From Bradymonadia bacterium (GTDB taxonomy: Bacteria > Myxococcota_A > Bradymonadia > UBA7976 > UBA1532): a stretch of 64,000 nucleotides of DNA. This document shows, piece after piece, positions 39,899 to 48,319 of this stretch; the first letter of the stretch is position 1, and the number at the start of each line of letters is the position of its first letter. Made by a program: the position numbers and the translations under genes. Where the stretch lies: contig JBKAGE010000081.1 of NCBI GenBank assembly GCA_046290225.1, positions 1 through 64,000 on the forward strand. Direction: 5' to 3'. Below the pieces are notes generated by a model. That model did no database searches. It saw only the letters and a list, made by a program, of their open reading frames with translations, and was not told the DNA's origin.

Positions 39899-40933
39899 AT
39901 GCTCAGACAGATCTTCGAAGGCTTCAGCCGAAGCAACCGCGTCGAGTCGTCCACCCCCTCCATGTCGCCGGACGATGCGAGTACGCACACCCTCGGCGGG
40001 AGCAAGACCGCCCTCGATCCGGGCTACGGGCAAGGCAACTACAGCCTTGATGCCGACGCACTGACCTTCGCTGATCGAGGGGCGTTGGCTCAGCGGGTGG
40101 TGGAGCACTTCAAGTCGCCGAGCTATCACCCGCCGAGCCTGCCGCCGGTGGCTGCCCAGATCCTGGGCCTCACCAATCGGGCCGACGTGGAGATCAACGA
40201 CATCCTGAAGGTGCTCGAGCAAGACGCCGTGCTCACCGCTGAGGCCTTCAAGGTGGCGAGCTCCGCCGCTTACAGCAGAGGCACTGGCCGGCTGCGCACC
40301 CTGAGAGACGTGGTCATGCGCCTCGGCCTCGAAGGCCTGCGGAATATGGTCCTCGAGGTGGGCCTCAACATGCGGGTGTTCCGGTGCGCCGAGTATCGCG
40401 CCCCCATGGAGCGCTTGAGGCGCCACGCCGTCGCCGTGGGTCAGCTGTCGCGGATCATCTGTCGCTATACCGGCCTCGACGGCGAGTTCGCGTACATGTG
40501 TGGCCTGCTTCACGATCTCGGCTTCGCTGCGGCCCTCCTCGCTCTCGGTGAGGAGAACAAGCGTCGCTCGGCGATGCCCCTCGAGGAGGTCTGGCCCGTG
40601 CTCGAGGCCGCCCACGAGGAGATCACCGCCATCGTGGCCCGCATCTGGGGGGTGCCCGACGAGGTCATCTGGGCCATCGAGCATCACCACAACATCCAGA
40701 CCGGGGGGCGGATACACCCCGTGAGCGCCGTGGTCTACCTCGCGGACATGTGGGTGGTTCCCATGGGCTTCGATGCCCTCGAGTCTGCCCAACGTAAGGC
40801 CAAGGGCGATTACACCCGGCATCAGACCAAGCAGGGCATGCTCCACGCCATCGAGGTGGTGGGACTCACCACAGAGACGATCAGGTTGATCCGGGATGCC
40901 GCCGCCAATGAGCTGGCGGTGGAGGAAGGCTGA
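39899..40933 (+). CDS. HDOD domain signalling protein
   Basis: PSLPPVA, D.VLTA...KVASSA, V.RLG, GLLHDLG, AIEHHH. Confidence 0.88.
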   Translation: MLRQIFEGFSRSNRVESSTPSMSPDDASTHTLGGSKTALDPGYGQGNYSLDADALTFADRGALAQRVVEHFKSPSYHPPSLPPVAAQILGLTNRADVEINDILKVLEQDAVLTAEAFKVASSAAYSRGTGRLRTLRDVVMRLGLEGLRNMVLEVGLNMRVFRCAEYRAPMERLRRHAVAVGQLSRIICRYTGLDGEFAYMCGLLHDLGFAAALLALGEENKRRSAMPLEEVWPVLEAAHEEITAIVARIWGVPDEVIWAIEHHHNIQTGGRIHPVSAVVYLADMWVVPMGFDALESAQRKAKGDYTRHQTKQGMLHAIEVVGLTTETIRLIRDAAANELAVEEG

Positions 40934-40948
40934 GGCCGAAGCGGCCGA

Positions 40949-42634
40949 TCAGCGGCTCAGGGGGGAGCGGGGCCCACCGGGGCCACCGGGGGTGTTCTTC
41001 TTCTTGTTCTTGTCGTACTGGCGCTTGACGATGTCCGAGGCCACCTCGCGGCTGCCGAGGCCGAAGGCCAGAGCCAGGGCCAGGCACAGTGCGCCGAAGA
41101 GCAGCGCAAAGGTCACCAGAACGAAGTCGGAAGCCACGTTGAGCTGCTGCAGGGCCATGGTCACGGCGAAGACCAGGACTGCGGCGCGGGCGGCGGTGGC
41201 CATCCAGCGGGTCGAGGCACCATCCTCGCCCTCAGGGGCCCGGGCGGCGATGAGCTGCTTGACGTAGTTCCCGATCATCAGGCCCACGGCGACGATGAGC
41301 GCGGCGACCAGCAGGTTCCACAAGGTGTAATCGAGGAACCGGTACACCAGAGAGGTCCAGGTCTCCAGGTGAAGGTTCTCCAGGACCTGAGCGGTGGCCA
41401 CCAGGATGATCACCAGCTGCACGATGGCGCCGATGAGGCGGCTGGGGCGATCCACCTTGCCGTTGTCTTCTTCACCCTCGGCGGGCTTGCCCAGGCGGCC
41501 GACGCCCACGCCCATCCGCTCCAGGAAGCCGTCGAAGTCCACGTTGGTGAGCAGACCCTCGACGATGTTGCGCACCACGCGGGCTGCGACCACGCCCACG
41601 GCGAGGATCAGAGCCGAGACGAGCAGGGCGGGGATGAGATCCCAGAAGCGACCCAGCACACCGCCGAGGGCGGTGCTCAGGGCGTCGAGGCCCAGACGGT
41701 CCACGGCGACGGTGACCGCCTGGAAGATGATGATGTAGAAGATCGCCAGGCCCACCACATCGCTGCCCTTGCGGGCGCCGAAGAGCTTGTCGACCTGGAC
41801 CTTCTCCATGAGGCCGTTGAAGCCCATCGACGAGAGCAGGTTGCTCACCACCGCCTGAGCGATGCGACCGAGTACGTAACCCACGAGCACGATGAGGGCG
41901 GCGACGGCCACCACGGGCACCATCTCGATGATCATGTTCAAGGCGTTGCGCAGCGGGCCCGCCACCACCTCGATCTGAAGGGCTTCCATGGCGCCGGCGA
42001 GGCCGATGAGCATCACCAGCCAGAAGATGAGGCTGCCAGCGGTCTCGCTCAGCGGGGTCTTCTCCGCCTCACCGCCGGACATTTGAGCCAGGCGAGCGTC
42101 GGCGTTCACACCCTTGAGGGCCCCGGTGATGATCTTGCGCAGAATCCAGGCTGCGGCCCAGGCCACGACCAGGATCGCCACCGCCTTACCGAGCAGGGGT
42201 AGGTTCTCGATGACCGTGTCCACGAAGCTGCGCAGCGAGCCTGCGGTCTCAGTGAGGCCCGCGAAGTTCAGGGCGGAGATCACCACCAGCAGCATCAAGA
42301 TGTAGTAGACGCTCTTGCTGATGAAGCGCTCGACGGCGTCTTCCGACTTCTTGGGATCAGTGCCCTCGAGGAGCAGGTCGAGCTTGAGCGCCGCGGCGAT
42401 CTTGTTGTCGATCTCGGTCTTGGTGAGGGCCCAGTACACCCCCCGGGACAAGAACTTGGCCAGCAGCCAGCCAAAGAACAGCACCAGCAGGCCGATGAAC
42501 AGCTGCTGCAGCATGTGCCAGGTGGGGCTGCGGGTGAAGTCGTCCCACCAGCCGGCGAAGGCTGGCGCCGGGGCCAGCAGGGTAAAGAGCGCCAGCAGGC
42601 GCGGTGAAAGGCGTTCGGGCGTCGGTGCGCGCAT
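40949..42634 (-). CDS. Multi-pass membrane protein with conserved TM-helix repeats (CmpX/MscS-associated)
   Basis: Repeated P.L..A..IL.VG..A units; C-terminal ALALAFGLGSREVA; no MscS cytoplasmic beta domain seen. Confidence 0.8.
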   Translation of the reverse strand: MRAPTPERLSPRLLALFTLLAPAPAFAGWWDDFTRSPTWHMLQQLFIGLLVLFFGWLLAKFLSRGVYWALTKTEIDNKIAAALKLDLLLEGTDPKKSEDAVERFISKSVYYILMLLVVISALNFAGLTETAGSLRSFVDTVIENLPLLGKAVAILVVAWAAAWILRKIITGALKGVNADARLAQMSGGEAEKTPLSETAGSLIFWLVMLIGLAGAMEALQIEVVAGPLRNALNMIIEMVPVVAVAALIVLVGYVLGRIAQAVVSNLLSSMGFNGLMEKVQVDKLFGARKGSDVVGLAIFYIIIFQAVTVAVDRLGLDALSTALGGVLGRFWDLIPALLVSALILAVGVVAARVVRNIVEGLLTNVDFDGFLERMGVGVGRLGKPAEGEEDNGKVDRPSRLIGAIVQLVIILVATAQVLENLHLETWTSLVYRFLDYTLWNLLVAALIVAVGLMIGNYVKQLIAARAPEGEDGASTRWMATAARAAVLVFAVTMALQQLNVASDFVLVTFALLFGALCLALALAFGLGSREVASDIVKRQYDKNKKKNTPGGPGGPRSPLSR

Positions 42635-42786
42635 CAGTTCTGATCCTCCCCAAGAGCATTCGAGGTACGACGTGTGGCCCTCATGACCGACATCGACATA
42701 CGAAAGTCACATGATTTTGATCTGGAGGGACTCAAACGCGAGGCGAGGCGAAGCGCAACCCCAAACCCCGGATCAGCGAGGGAACA

Positions 42787-43338
42787 TCAGCCCCAGCCGC
42801 GCAGCTTGTTCTCTGCGGTGCGGTAGTCGGCGAGGGCCTTGAGCACCACCTCGCGGGCCTCTTCCGAGTTGCCGAAGCGCTCGACGACCACCTGCTTGTT
42901 CTCCAGAATTTTGTAATCCTCGAAGAAGCGGCGGATCTCGCGGAACATGTGGACCGGCAGCTGGCTGATGTCGCTGTAGTCCATGAAGGCGGGGTCCGTG
43001 ACGTGCACAGCGATGATCTTGTCGTCGGCCTTGCCCTCGTCGGCCATGTGCATGACCCCGATGGCCTTCGCCTGCATGATCGACATGGGGTACACGGGCT
43101 CGTTGCCCACCACCAGCACGTCGAGGGGATCACCGTCGTCGCAGTAACTGCGGGGCAGGAACCCGTAGTTCGCCGGGTAGATCACTGACGAATACAAAAT
43201 CCGGTCGACCCGGAGCATGCCCGAGGGCTTGTCGAGCTCGTACTTCACCTTCGACCCCTTGGGGATCTCGATGACGACGTTAAAGCCTTCTTCGATGTGG
43301 TCGGGGTTGTTGGGCAGATCGTGCCATGGATGAGCCAA
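42787..43338 (-). CDS. ppa: Inorganic pyrophosphatase (family I)
   Basis: HPWHD, IEIPKGSKVKYELDK, YPANYGF, DGDPLDVLV, DDKIIAV, FFEDYK. Confidence 0.96.
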   Translation of the reverse strand: MAHPWHDLPNNPDHIEEGFNVVIEIPKGSKVKYELDKPSGMLRVDRILYSSVIYPANYGFLPRSYCDDGDPLDVLVVGNEPVYPMSIMQAKAIGVMHMADEGKADDKIIAVHVTDPAFMDYSDISQLPVHMFREIRRFFEDYKILENKQVVVERFGNSEEAREVVLKALADYRTAENKLRGWG

Positions 43339-43501
43339 GAGGCCCCCTTTCAGTGCGGACTCTCAGTGGGGATTCGTCCGGTTCTCTGTGGCTGCCGATG
43401 ATGGCAGCTCGAAGGTTCGCGTGTGTGAAGTTTCGGTGATTTTCACTCAGGGCTTTCGAGGTATGGCGAGCAATGTGCGCCTCAACGACCGAAGAATGCC
43501 A

Positions 43502-43714
43502 TCACCGGCGTCGGCGGAAGCGCACCGCCAGCACAGCGCCGATGAGGCCGCCCACGGGGAGACCGATGGCGGCGGCATAGCCAGCGTTGAGGTGCACGTG
43601 GCCGAAGATCACCCCGCCCACGATGGCGAAGATCATGGCGCCGAGGGTGCCGCCGACCCAGAAGCCTTCCAGGAGGGCACCCCAGGGAAACGGGCGGCGA
43701 GGTGACGGGCTCAA
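43502..43714 (-). CDS. Small hypothetical membrane protein
   Basis: Two Gly-rich hydrophobic helices and a basic tail; co-directional with neighbours. Confidence 0.45.
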   Translation of the reverse strand: MSPSPRRPFPWGALLEGFWVGGTLGAMIFAIVGGVIFGHVHLNAGYAAAIGLPVGGLIGAVLAVRFRRRR

Positions 43715-43745
43715 GTGAAACGCACCTGGGAGACGCGGGCCGAGT

Positions 43746-44213
43746 TCAGAAGCACGCGTCTTCAGAAGAGTCGCAGAGATCGTTCAGCGCATCGCCGGTG
43801 AGCTCAGTACCGATCCAGGCCACCATCTTGCGCACGGCGCAGTCTTCCCGAGCGGCGCAGACAATGGGATGGTTCTCGCCCACGGTGGCGTTGACGAAGG
43901 GGTTGTCCTCGGGATCGTCCGGATCGATGAGGGACTTCACCGACTTGAAGTTGTCGTCGAGCTGGATGGGATCCGGGCTCTGGATGAGCAGCAACCCGCC
44001 AAGAGGCGAGATGTGGCACCCGGGGTTGCCGCAGCCCATCTGCTCGAGCAGGGGGTTGATGACGGTCTGATAGTCGGCGACGACAGGGCGCTCGATGACC
44101 TCGAGCTGGACCACCTCGCCTTCGCCACAACCTCCCAGAAGCGCAGAGACCGCGATCGCAGCGAAGGCTCTGCTCAGGAGGAGTCGGCGAAGGGGGATTT
44201 GGGGGCATCGCAT
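43746..44213 (-). CDS. Lipoprotein with CX4CH motif (cytochrome c-like)
   Basis: LLGGC lipobox, INPLL..GCGNPGCH, IDPDDPED, late AWI. Confidence 0.65.
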   Translation of the reverse strand: MRCPQIPLRRLLLSRAFAAIAVSALLGGCGEGEVVQLEVIERPVVADYQTVINPLLEQMGCGNPGCHISPLGGLLLIQSPDPIQLDDNFKSVKSLIDPDDPEDNPFVNATVGENHPIVCAAREDCAVRKMVAWIGTELTGDALNDLCDSSEDACF

Positions 44214-44329
44214 CGCAGCGACCTCGGCTGGCTGTGGTGGCGTCTGGCGATTCTGCCAGACATGTGCGTCAGGTACAGACCTTAACACGAAGCCCCAGAG
44301 CACAGAGCGCTGCCTGAGGGCGGTGAGGC

Positions 44330-44710
44330 TCAGCCGAACAAGTTGTGGAAGGGCTTGTAGACGGCGAGGTAGGCCGCGGTGCCACCGAGGGCCACGGCGA
44401 GCCACCAGACCACACGGCCCCCAGTGCGCTTGCGGGCCACGACGAGCAGGCCGCCGAGTACCAGCCAGATGACCAGCTTGAAGACAGCCCACCCGGGCCA
44501 GGGCCAGCCGGTGAACTGGAGCCGGGCCAGCAGCCCGAAGCCCCCAGTGAGGGCGATGAGCAGGCCGAGGCCGTGGGTCATGGCCAGAGGCTTGCGCCAC
44601 GGATGATCTTTACCGAGGCCCGCGGTCCCGGCGAGGGCGGCACCGCCGAGGCCGGTGAAGATCATGAAGATCCCCACGAGGTGAAGCACTTTGTAGAACT
44701 CGTACGGCAT
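44330..44710 (-). CDS. Four-TM membrane protein (SirB2/DUF2269-like)
   Basis: YKVLHLVG, HGLGLLIAL.GGFGLLA, W...KLVIW, VYKPF. Confidence 0.75.
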   Translation of the reverse strand: MPYEFYKVLHLVGIFMIFTGLGGAALAGTAGLGKDHPWRKPLAMTHGLGLLIALTGGFGLLARLQFTGWPWPGWAVFKLVIWLVLGGLLVVARKRTGGRVVWWLAVALGGTAAYLAVYKPFHNLFG

Positions 44711-44907
44711 CGTTCGCTGCTCGCGTCATGTGGATGAAACGGGGCCTATGGATACATCAAAGTCGGCAGAGGTTTTGTGTTTTTTCTGACTCTGGTCGGG
44801 CGCCGGGGCAGAGTCAGGGGTGTCCTGGCTGAAACGAGGCGGGGTTGCTAAGGTGTCTGCTTCTCTTCTTGAGGCGCCTTTTCGAAGGCGCTGCCACGGA
44901 GGATCGC

Positions 44908-46269
44908 ATGATCCACATCGGCTTCGCTTACGGCACCCTCGACATCCGAGGGGTGGAAGACGCCGATCTGCTGCCGGCGTGCTGTCGCTGGGATGCCCGC
45001 AGCCGATCCTACCGGGCCCCGGCCATCGATTACGCCGAGATCGTCATGGCCCTGGTGCGGGCGAAGGTGCCCTACACCGATCATGCTCGGGCGTACACCG
45101 AGATGACCGAGCAGATCCACGCCCGGCGTACCCCGAGGCCCTATCAGGCAGAGGCCATCGAGGCCTGGCAGAAGGCGAAGGGCCGGGGGGTGGTGGTGCT
45201 GCCCACAGGGGCAGGCAAAACCTATGTGGCTTTGATGGCGATCGAGGCCAAGGGCCGGAGCACTTTGGTGGTGGCCCCCACCCTCGATCTGGTGCGGCAA
45301 TGGTACGACAACCTGCGCAACGCCTTCCGGGTGCCCGTGGGCATCGTCGGTGGCGGCGAGTACGACGTACAGGACCTCACCGTCATCACCTACGACTCGG
45401 CTTACCAGCACATGGAGCACCTGGGGTCCCGCTTCGGACTCATCGTCTTCGACGAGTGCCACCATCTGCCTGGTGACGCCTACGGCATGGCCTCGAAGCT
45501 GTGCATTGCCCCCTATCGCCTGGGCCTCACGGCGACTCCGGAGCGTGGCGACGGTCGCCATGAAGAGCTGGTCGAGCTGATCGGCCCCTTCGTCTACCGC
45601 AAACAGATCAACGAGCTCTCCGGCGACTTCCTCGCGGAGTACACCACTGAGCGCATCCTGGTGGATTTGTCCCCGGAGGAGTGGGCCGAGTACCAGGAGG
45701 AGCGGGCCATTTATCGCGATTTCGTGCACCGCAGCGGCATCAGCTTCAAGCGCAAGGGCGGCTGGCAGGAGTTCATCGCCAAGTCTTCCCGGAGCGCCGA
45801 GGGCCGCCGGGCGATGCAGGCCTACCGCCGACAGCGGGCCCTGGCCTTCGCGGCCCCTTCAAAGCTTGAGTACGTGGAGATGCTGCTGCACCAGCACCGT
45901 CGAGATCGCGCGATTTTGTTCACCCAGGACAACGCCACGGCGTACAGCATCGCCCGGCGATTCCTGGTGCCCGTGATCACGCACCAGACCAAGATCAAAG
46001 AGCGCAGCGCCATCTTGCAGGGCCTCGCTGATGGCACCTTCAACGCCCTGAGCACGTCGAAGGTGCTCAATGAAGGGGTCGATGTGCCTGACGCCAACGT
46101 GGCTATCATCATCTCGGGATCGGGCTCGGTGCGGGAGCACGTGCAGCGCCTGGGCCGAATTTTGCGCAAGAAGGGCGACAAGACCGCCACCCTCTACGAG
46201 CTGGTGAGCAACGACACCGCCGAGGCATACACCAGCGAGCGCCGGAGAGATCACGTTGCTTACCGCTGA
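44908..46269 (+). CDS. XPB/Rad25-like superfamily 2 helicase
   Basis: LPTGAGKT, VVAPT..LV.QW, FDECHH, LTATPER, EGVDVP, QRLGRILR; GGAGG SD. Confidence 0.92.
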   Translation: MIHIGFAYGTLDIRGVEDADLLPACCRWDARSRSYRAPAIDYAEIVMALVRAKVPYTDHARAYTEMTEQIHARRTPRPYQAEAIEAWQKAKGRGVVVLPTGAGKTYVALMAIEAKGRSTLVVAPTLDLVRQWYDNLRNAFRVPVGIVGGGEYDVQDLTVITYDSAYQHMEHLGSRFGLIVFDECHHLPGDAYGMASKLCIAPYRLGLTATPERGDGRHEELVELIGPFVYRKQINELSGDFLAEYTTERILVDLSPEEWAEYQEERAIYRDFVHRSGISFKRKGGWQEFIAKSSRSAEGRRAMQAYRRQRALAFAAPSKLEYVEMLLHQHRRDRAILFTQDNATAYSIARRFLVPVITHQTKIKERSAILQGLADGTFNALSTSKVLNEGVDVPDANVAIIISGSGSVREHVQRLGRILRKKGDKTATLYELVSNDTAEAYTSERRRDHVAYR

Positions 46270-47482
46270 TCTGGTGCGGGTCCGCTGCACCAAAGAGGGG
46301 GAGATCCACCTCACCAAGCTGGCGAAGAAGACCCGAGAGCGGGCGCTGGCCATCGCCGAGCACTACATCGACGCCGCCACCCACGGGGTGGGCGATGCCC
46401 GAGAGGCCTTCAACCAGGCCGCAGGGGCGATCAAGCTCTCCCCCCGGGAGTCGAAGCTCGCCGCGGGGTTGCTCAAGCTCGTGACAGATCGCTGTGACTT
46501 CAGCATGGGGGCTGATGTCGATCCACCCACGCTGCGTCTCGAGGTCTTCGCCCTCGCGGCGGCGCGGAGGGCGGCCCTCTCCGAAGGGGACCACTTCGAT
46601 CGTCAGGCGGTCCTCGCCGAGGCTGGCGAAAAGCACGGCCTGGAGGCCGGCTTGCTTGAGCACCTGCTCTTCGCTGATCTCAAGCAGGCCCACGTGCTCA
46701 CGCAGTTTGATCCCATCACACCGGAGCGTCTGCTCGAAGAGTACGAGCTGCAGCAAGCTCAGGCGGTGCTGCTCAAGGCGGTGAAGGTCACGGTTTGGGT
46801 TCGCTGCGCCGACGCTGGGGCGTATCGCACGCTGTTCAACCGCTTGAAGTGGTTGCGCTTGATGTACTCGATCCACCCCGACGGCGAGTCGGGCCGCAAG
46901 GGCCCCAAGGGCTACCGCATCGAGATCGACGGCCCGTTCTCGATGTTCAGCGCCTCGACGAAGTACGGCTTGCAGCTGGCCTTGTCGCTCACGGCCCTCC
47001 GCATGTGCGCCGTCTGGCGACTGAAGGCCGACGTGCGCTGGGGCAAGTACAAGAAGGCGATGACCTTCGAGCTGAGCGGCGAAGGCCCGGGATCTGCGGC
47101 GCCTCTGCGTCTGGCAGACGAGGTGCAGACGCTGATGGAGCGTTTGAACAAGCAGAAGGGCTCCGACTGGCACGCTGCGCCCGCTGCAGAGCTCCTGCAC
47201 CTGCCCGGGGTGGGCATCTGCGCCCCTGATCTGGTGGTGACGCATCCCTCGGGGCGCAAGGTCTTCGTCGAGGTGATGGGGTTCTGGAGCCGCGACGCCG
47301 TCTGGCGCCGAGTCGAGCTCGTCGAGGCGGGGCTGCCCGAGCCCATCATCTTCTGTGTGAGCGCCCGGCTGAGGGTGAGCGAGGCGGCCCTCGATGAAGG
47401 GTTACCGGGATCACTCTACGTCTACAAAGGGGTGGTCAACGCCAAGGCGGTGCTCGAGCGCCTCAACGCCTACCTGACCTGA
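46256..47482 (+). CDS. DUF790 (Bax1-like) nuclease
   Basis: MLTADL start, LFADL, IDGP.S.F....KYG..LA, PD-(D/E)xK-like APDL..FVEVMGFW; 14-nt overlap with the helicase gene. Confidence 0.88.
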   Translation: MLTADLVRVRCTKEGEIHLTKLAKKTRERALAIAEHYIDAATHGVGDAREAFNQAAGAIKLSPRESKLAAGLLKLVTDRCDFSMGADVDPPTLRLEVFALAAARRAALSEGDHFDRQAVLAEAGEKHGLEAGLLEHLLFADLKQAHVLTQFDPITPERLLEEYELQQAQAVLLKAVKVTVWVRCADAGAYRTLFNRLKWLRLMYSIHPDGESGRKGPKGYRIEIDGPFSMFSASTKYGLQLALSLTALRMCAVWRLKADVRWGKYKKAMTFELSGEGPGSAAPLRLADEVQTLMERLNKQKGSDWHAAPAAELLHLPGVGICAPDLVVTHPSGRKVFVEVMGFWSRDAVWRRVELVEAGLPEPIIFCVSARLRVSEAALDEGLPGSLYVYKGVVNAKAVLERLNAYLT

Positions 47483-47575
47483 TCTGTAGTTCTACAGAGT
47501 TTGATGTTGTGCTGCATTCGAAGGTGAGGTTTGATGCGTCACCCCAACGGGGGAGTGACACGATTGGAGATTCCG

Positions 47576-47842
47576 ATGACCCGTATGCACAAGCTCGCCA
47601 TCCTCGCCCTGGCCGTCTCGATGTCCACCGCCTGCGCCAAGGCGAGCAAAGAGGACTGCGCCAAGATCATGCCCAAGATCATGAAGTTCGAGATGGACCT
47701 CAGCGATGATCTGATCAAGACCATGATGGAGGGCGAAGAAGGCAAGAAGCTCATCGAGCAGTGCGCCTCTGACGTGCCCAAGTCCGACGGCGAGTGCGTC
47801 CTCAAGGCCGCCGACAAGGCCGCTTACGAGAAGTGTAAGTAA
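47576..47842 (+). CDS. Small Cys-rich lipoprotein
   Basis: STAC lipobox, four further cysteines, strong GC3 codon bias. Confidence 0.75.
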   Translation: MTRMHKLAILALAVSMSTACAKASKEDCAKIMPKIMKFEMDLSDDLIKTMMEGEEGKKLIEQCASDVPKSDGECVLKAADKAAYEKCK

Positions 47843-47880
47843 GCTCCGCCGCTACGGCGGCGTCAGCCGCCGTGAGGCTC
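47843..47880 (+). repeat. Dispersed hairpin repeat copy directly after a stop codon
   Basis: GCTCCGCCGCT-ACGGCGGC-GTCA-GCCGCCGT-GAGGCTC; reverse complement of the copies at 149-219. Confidence 0.85.
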
Positions 47881-48121
47881 ACGACGACTGCCCCCACCTC
47901 CACGGCTCCGCGCTGCACGTGCACGACATTTCTCTGACTTATATGGCTGGAGCGTTGGGACCATTGTGTGTCTGACGATGGTCGACAGCCGATTTGTGTG
48001 AAGGTATGTGGAGCTCAGGGTGCCTGTCATGACTGCCATGGCTCTGTAACTTCACGCATGGTGGGTTGGCGGTAGGTCGAATCCCGGTGGGGTTCAGCAA
48101 CGAGATACAGAAGAAGCTCTT

Positions 48122-48300
48122 TACGCAGGGGAGCGAGCGAATAAGGCGAAGCCTTGAGCGACCCTGCCTACCCGGGAAGGTGCCTGCGTCAGCAGGTGCC
48201 TGAACGTGTACGCGCCAGACGAGGTTGCCCGAAGGGCGACCGAAGGCCCGGCGCCTACGCAGGCAGAGCGCAGCGATGACTGCCTACACAGGCTCAGCGT
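48122..48300 (-). repeat. Cluster of GTAG-type REP-like palindromes
   Basis: Two units TACGCAGG..AGCG.AGCGA..CTGCCTAC (48122-48171, 48256-48287) read GTAGGCAG+stem on the minus strand; further hairpins lie between them. Confidence 0.55.
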
Positions 48301-48319
48301 CAGCATGTGGCGTGCCTTG

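Noticed and set aside
44786..44816. CTGACTCTG/CAGAGTCAG hairpin as a terminator
   Set aside because: It lies between divergent genes and the T-run is on the wrong side; role unclear
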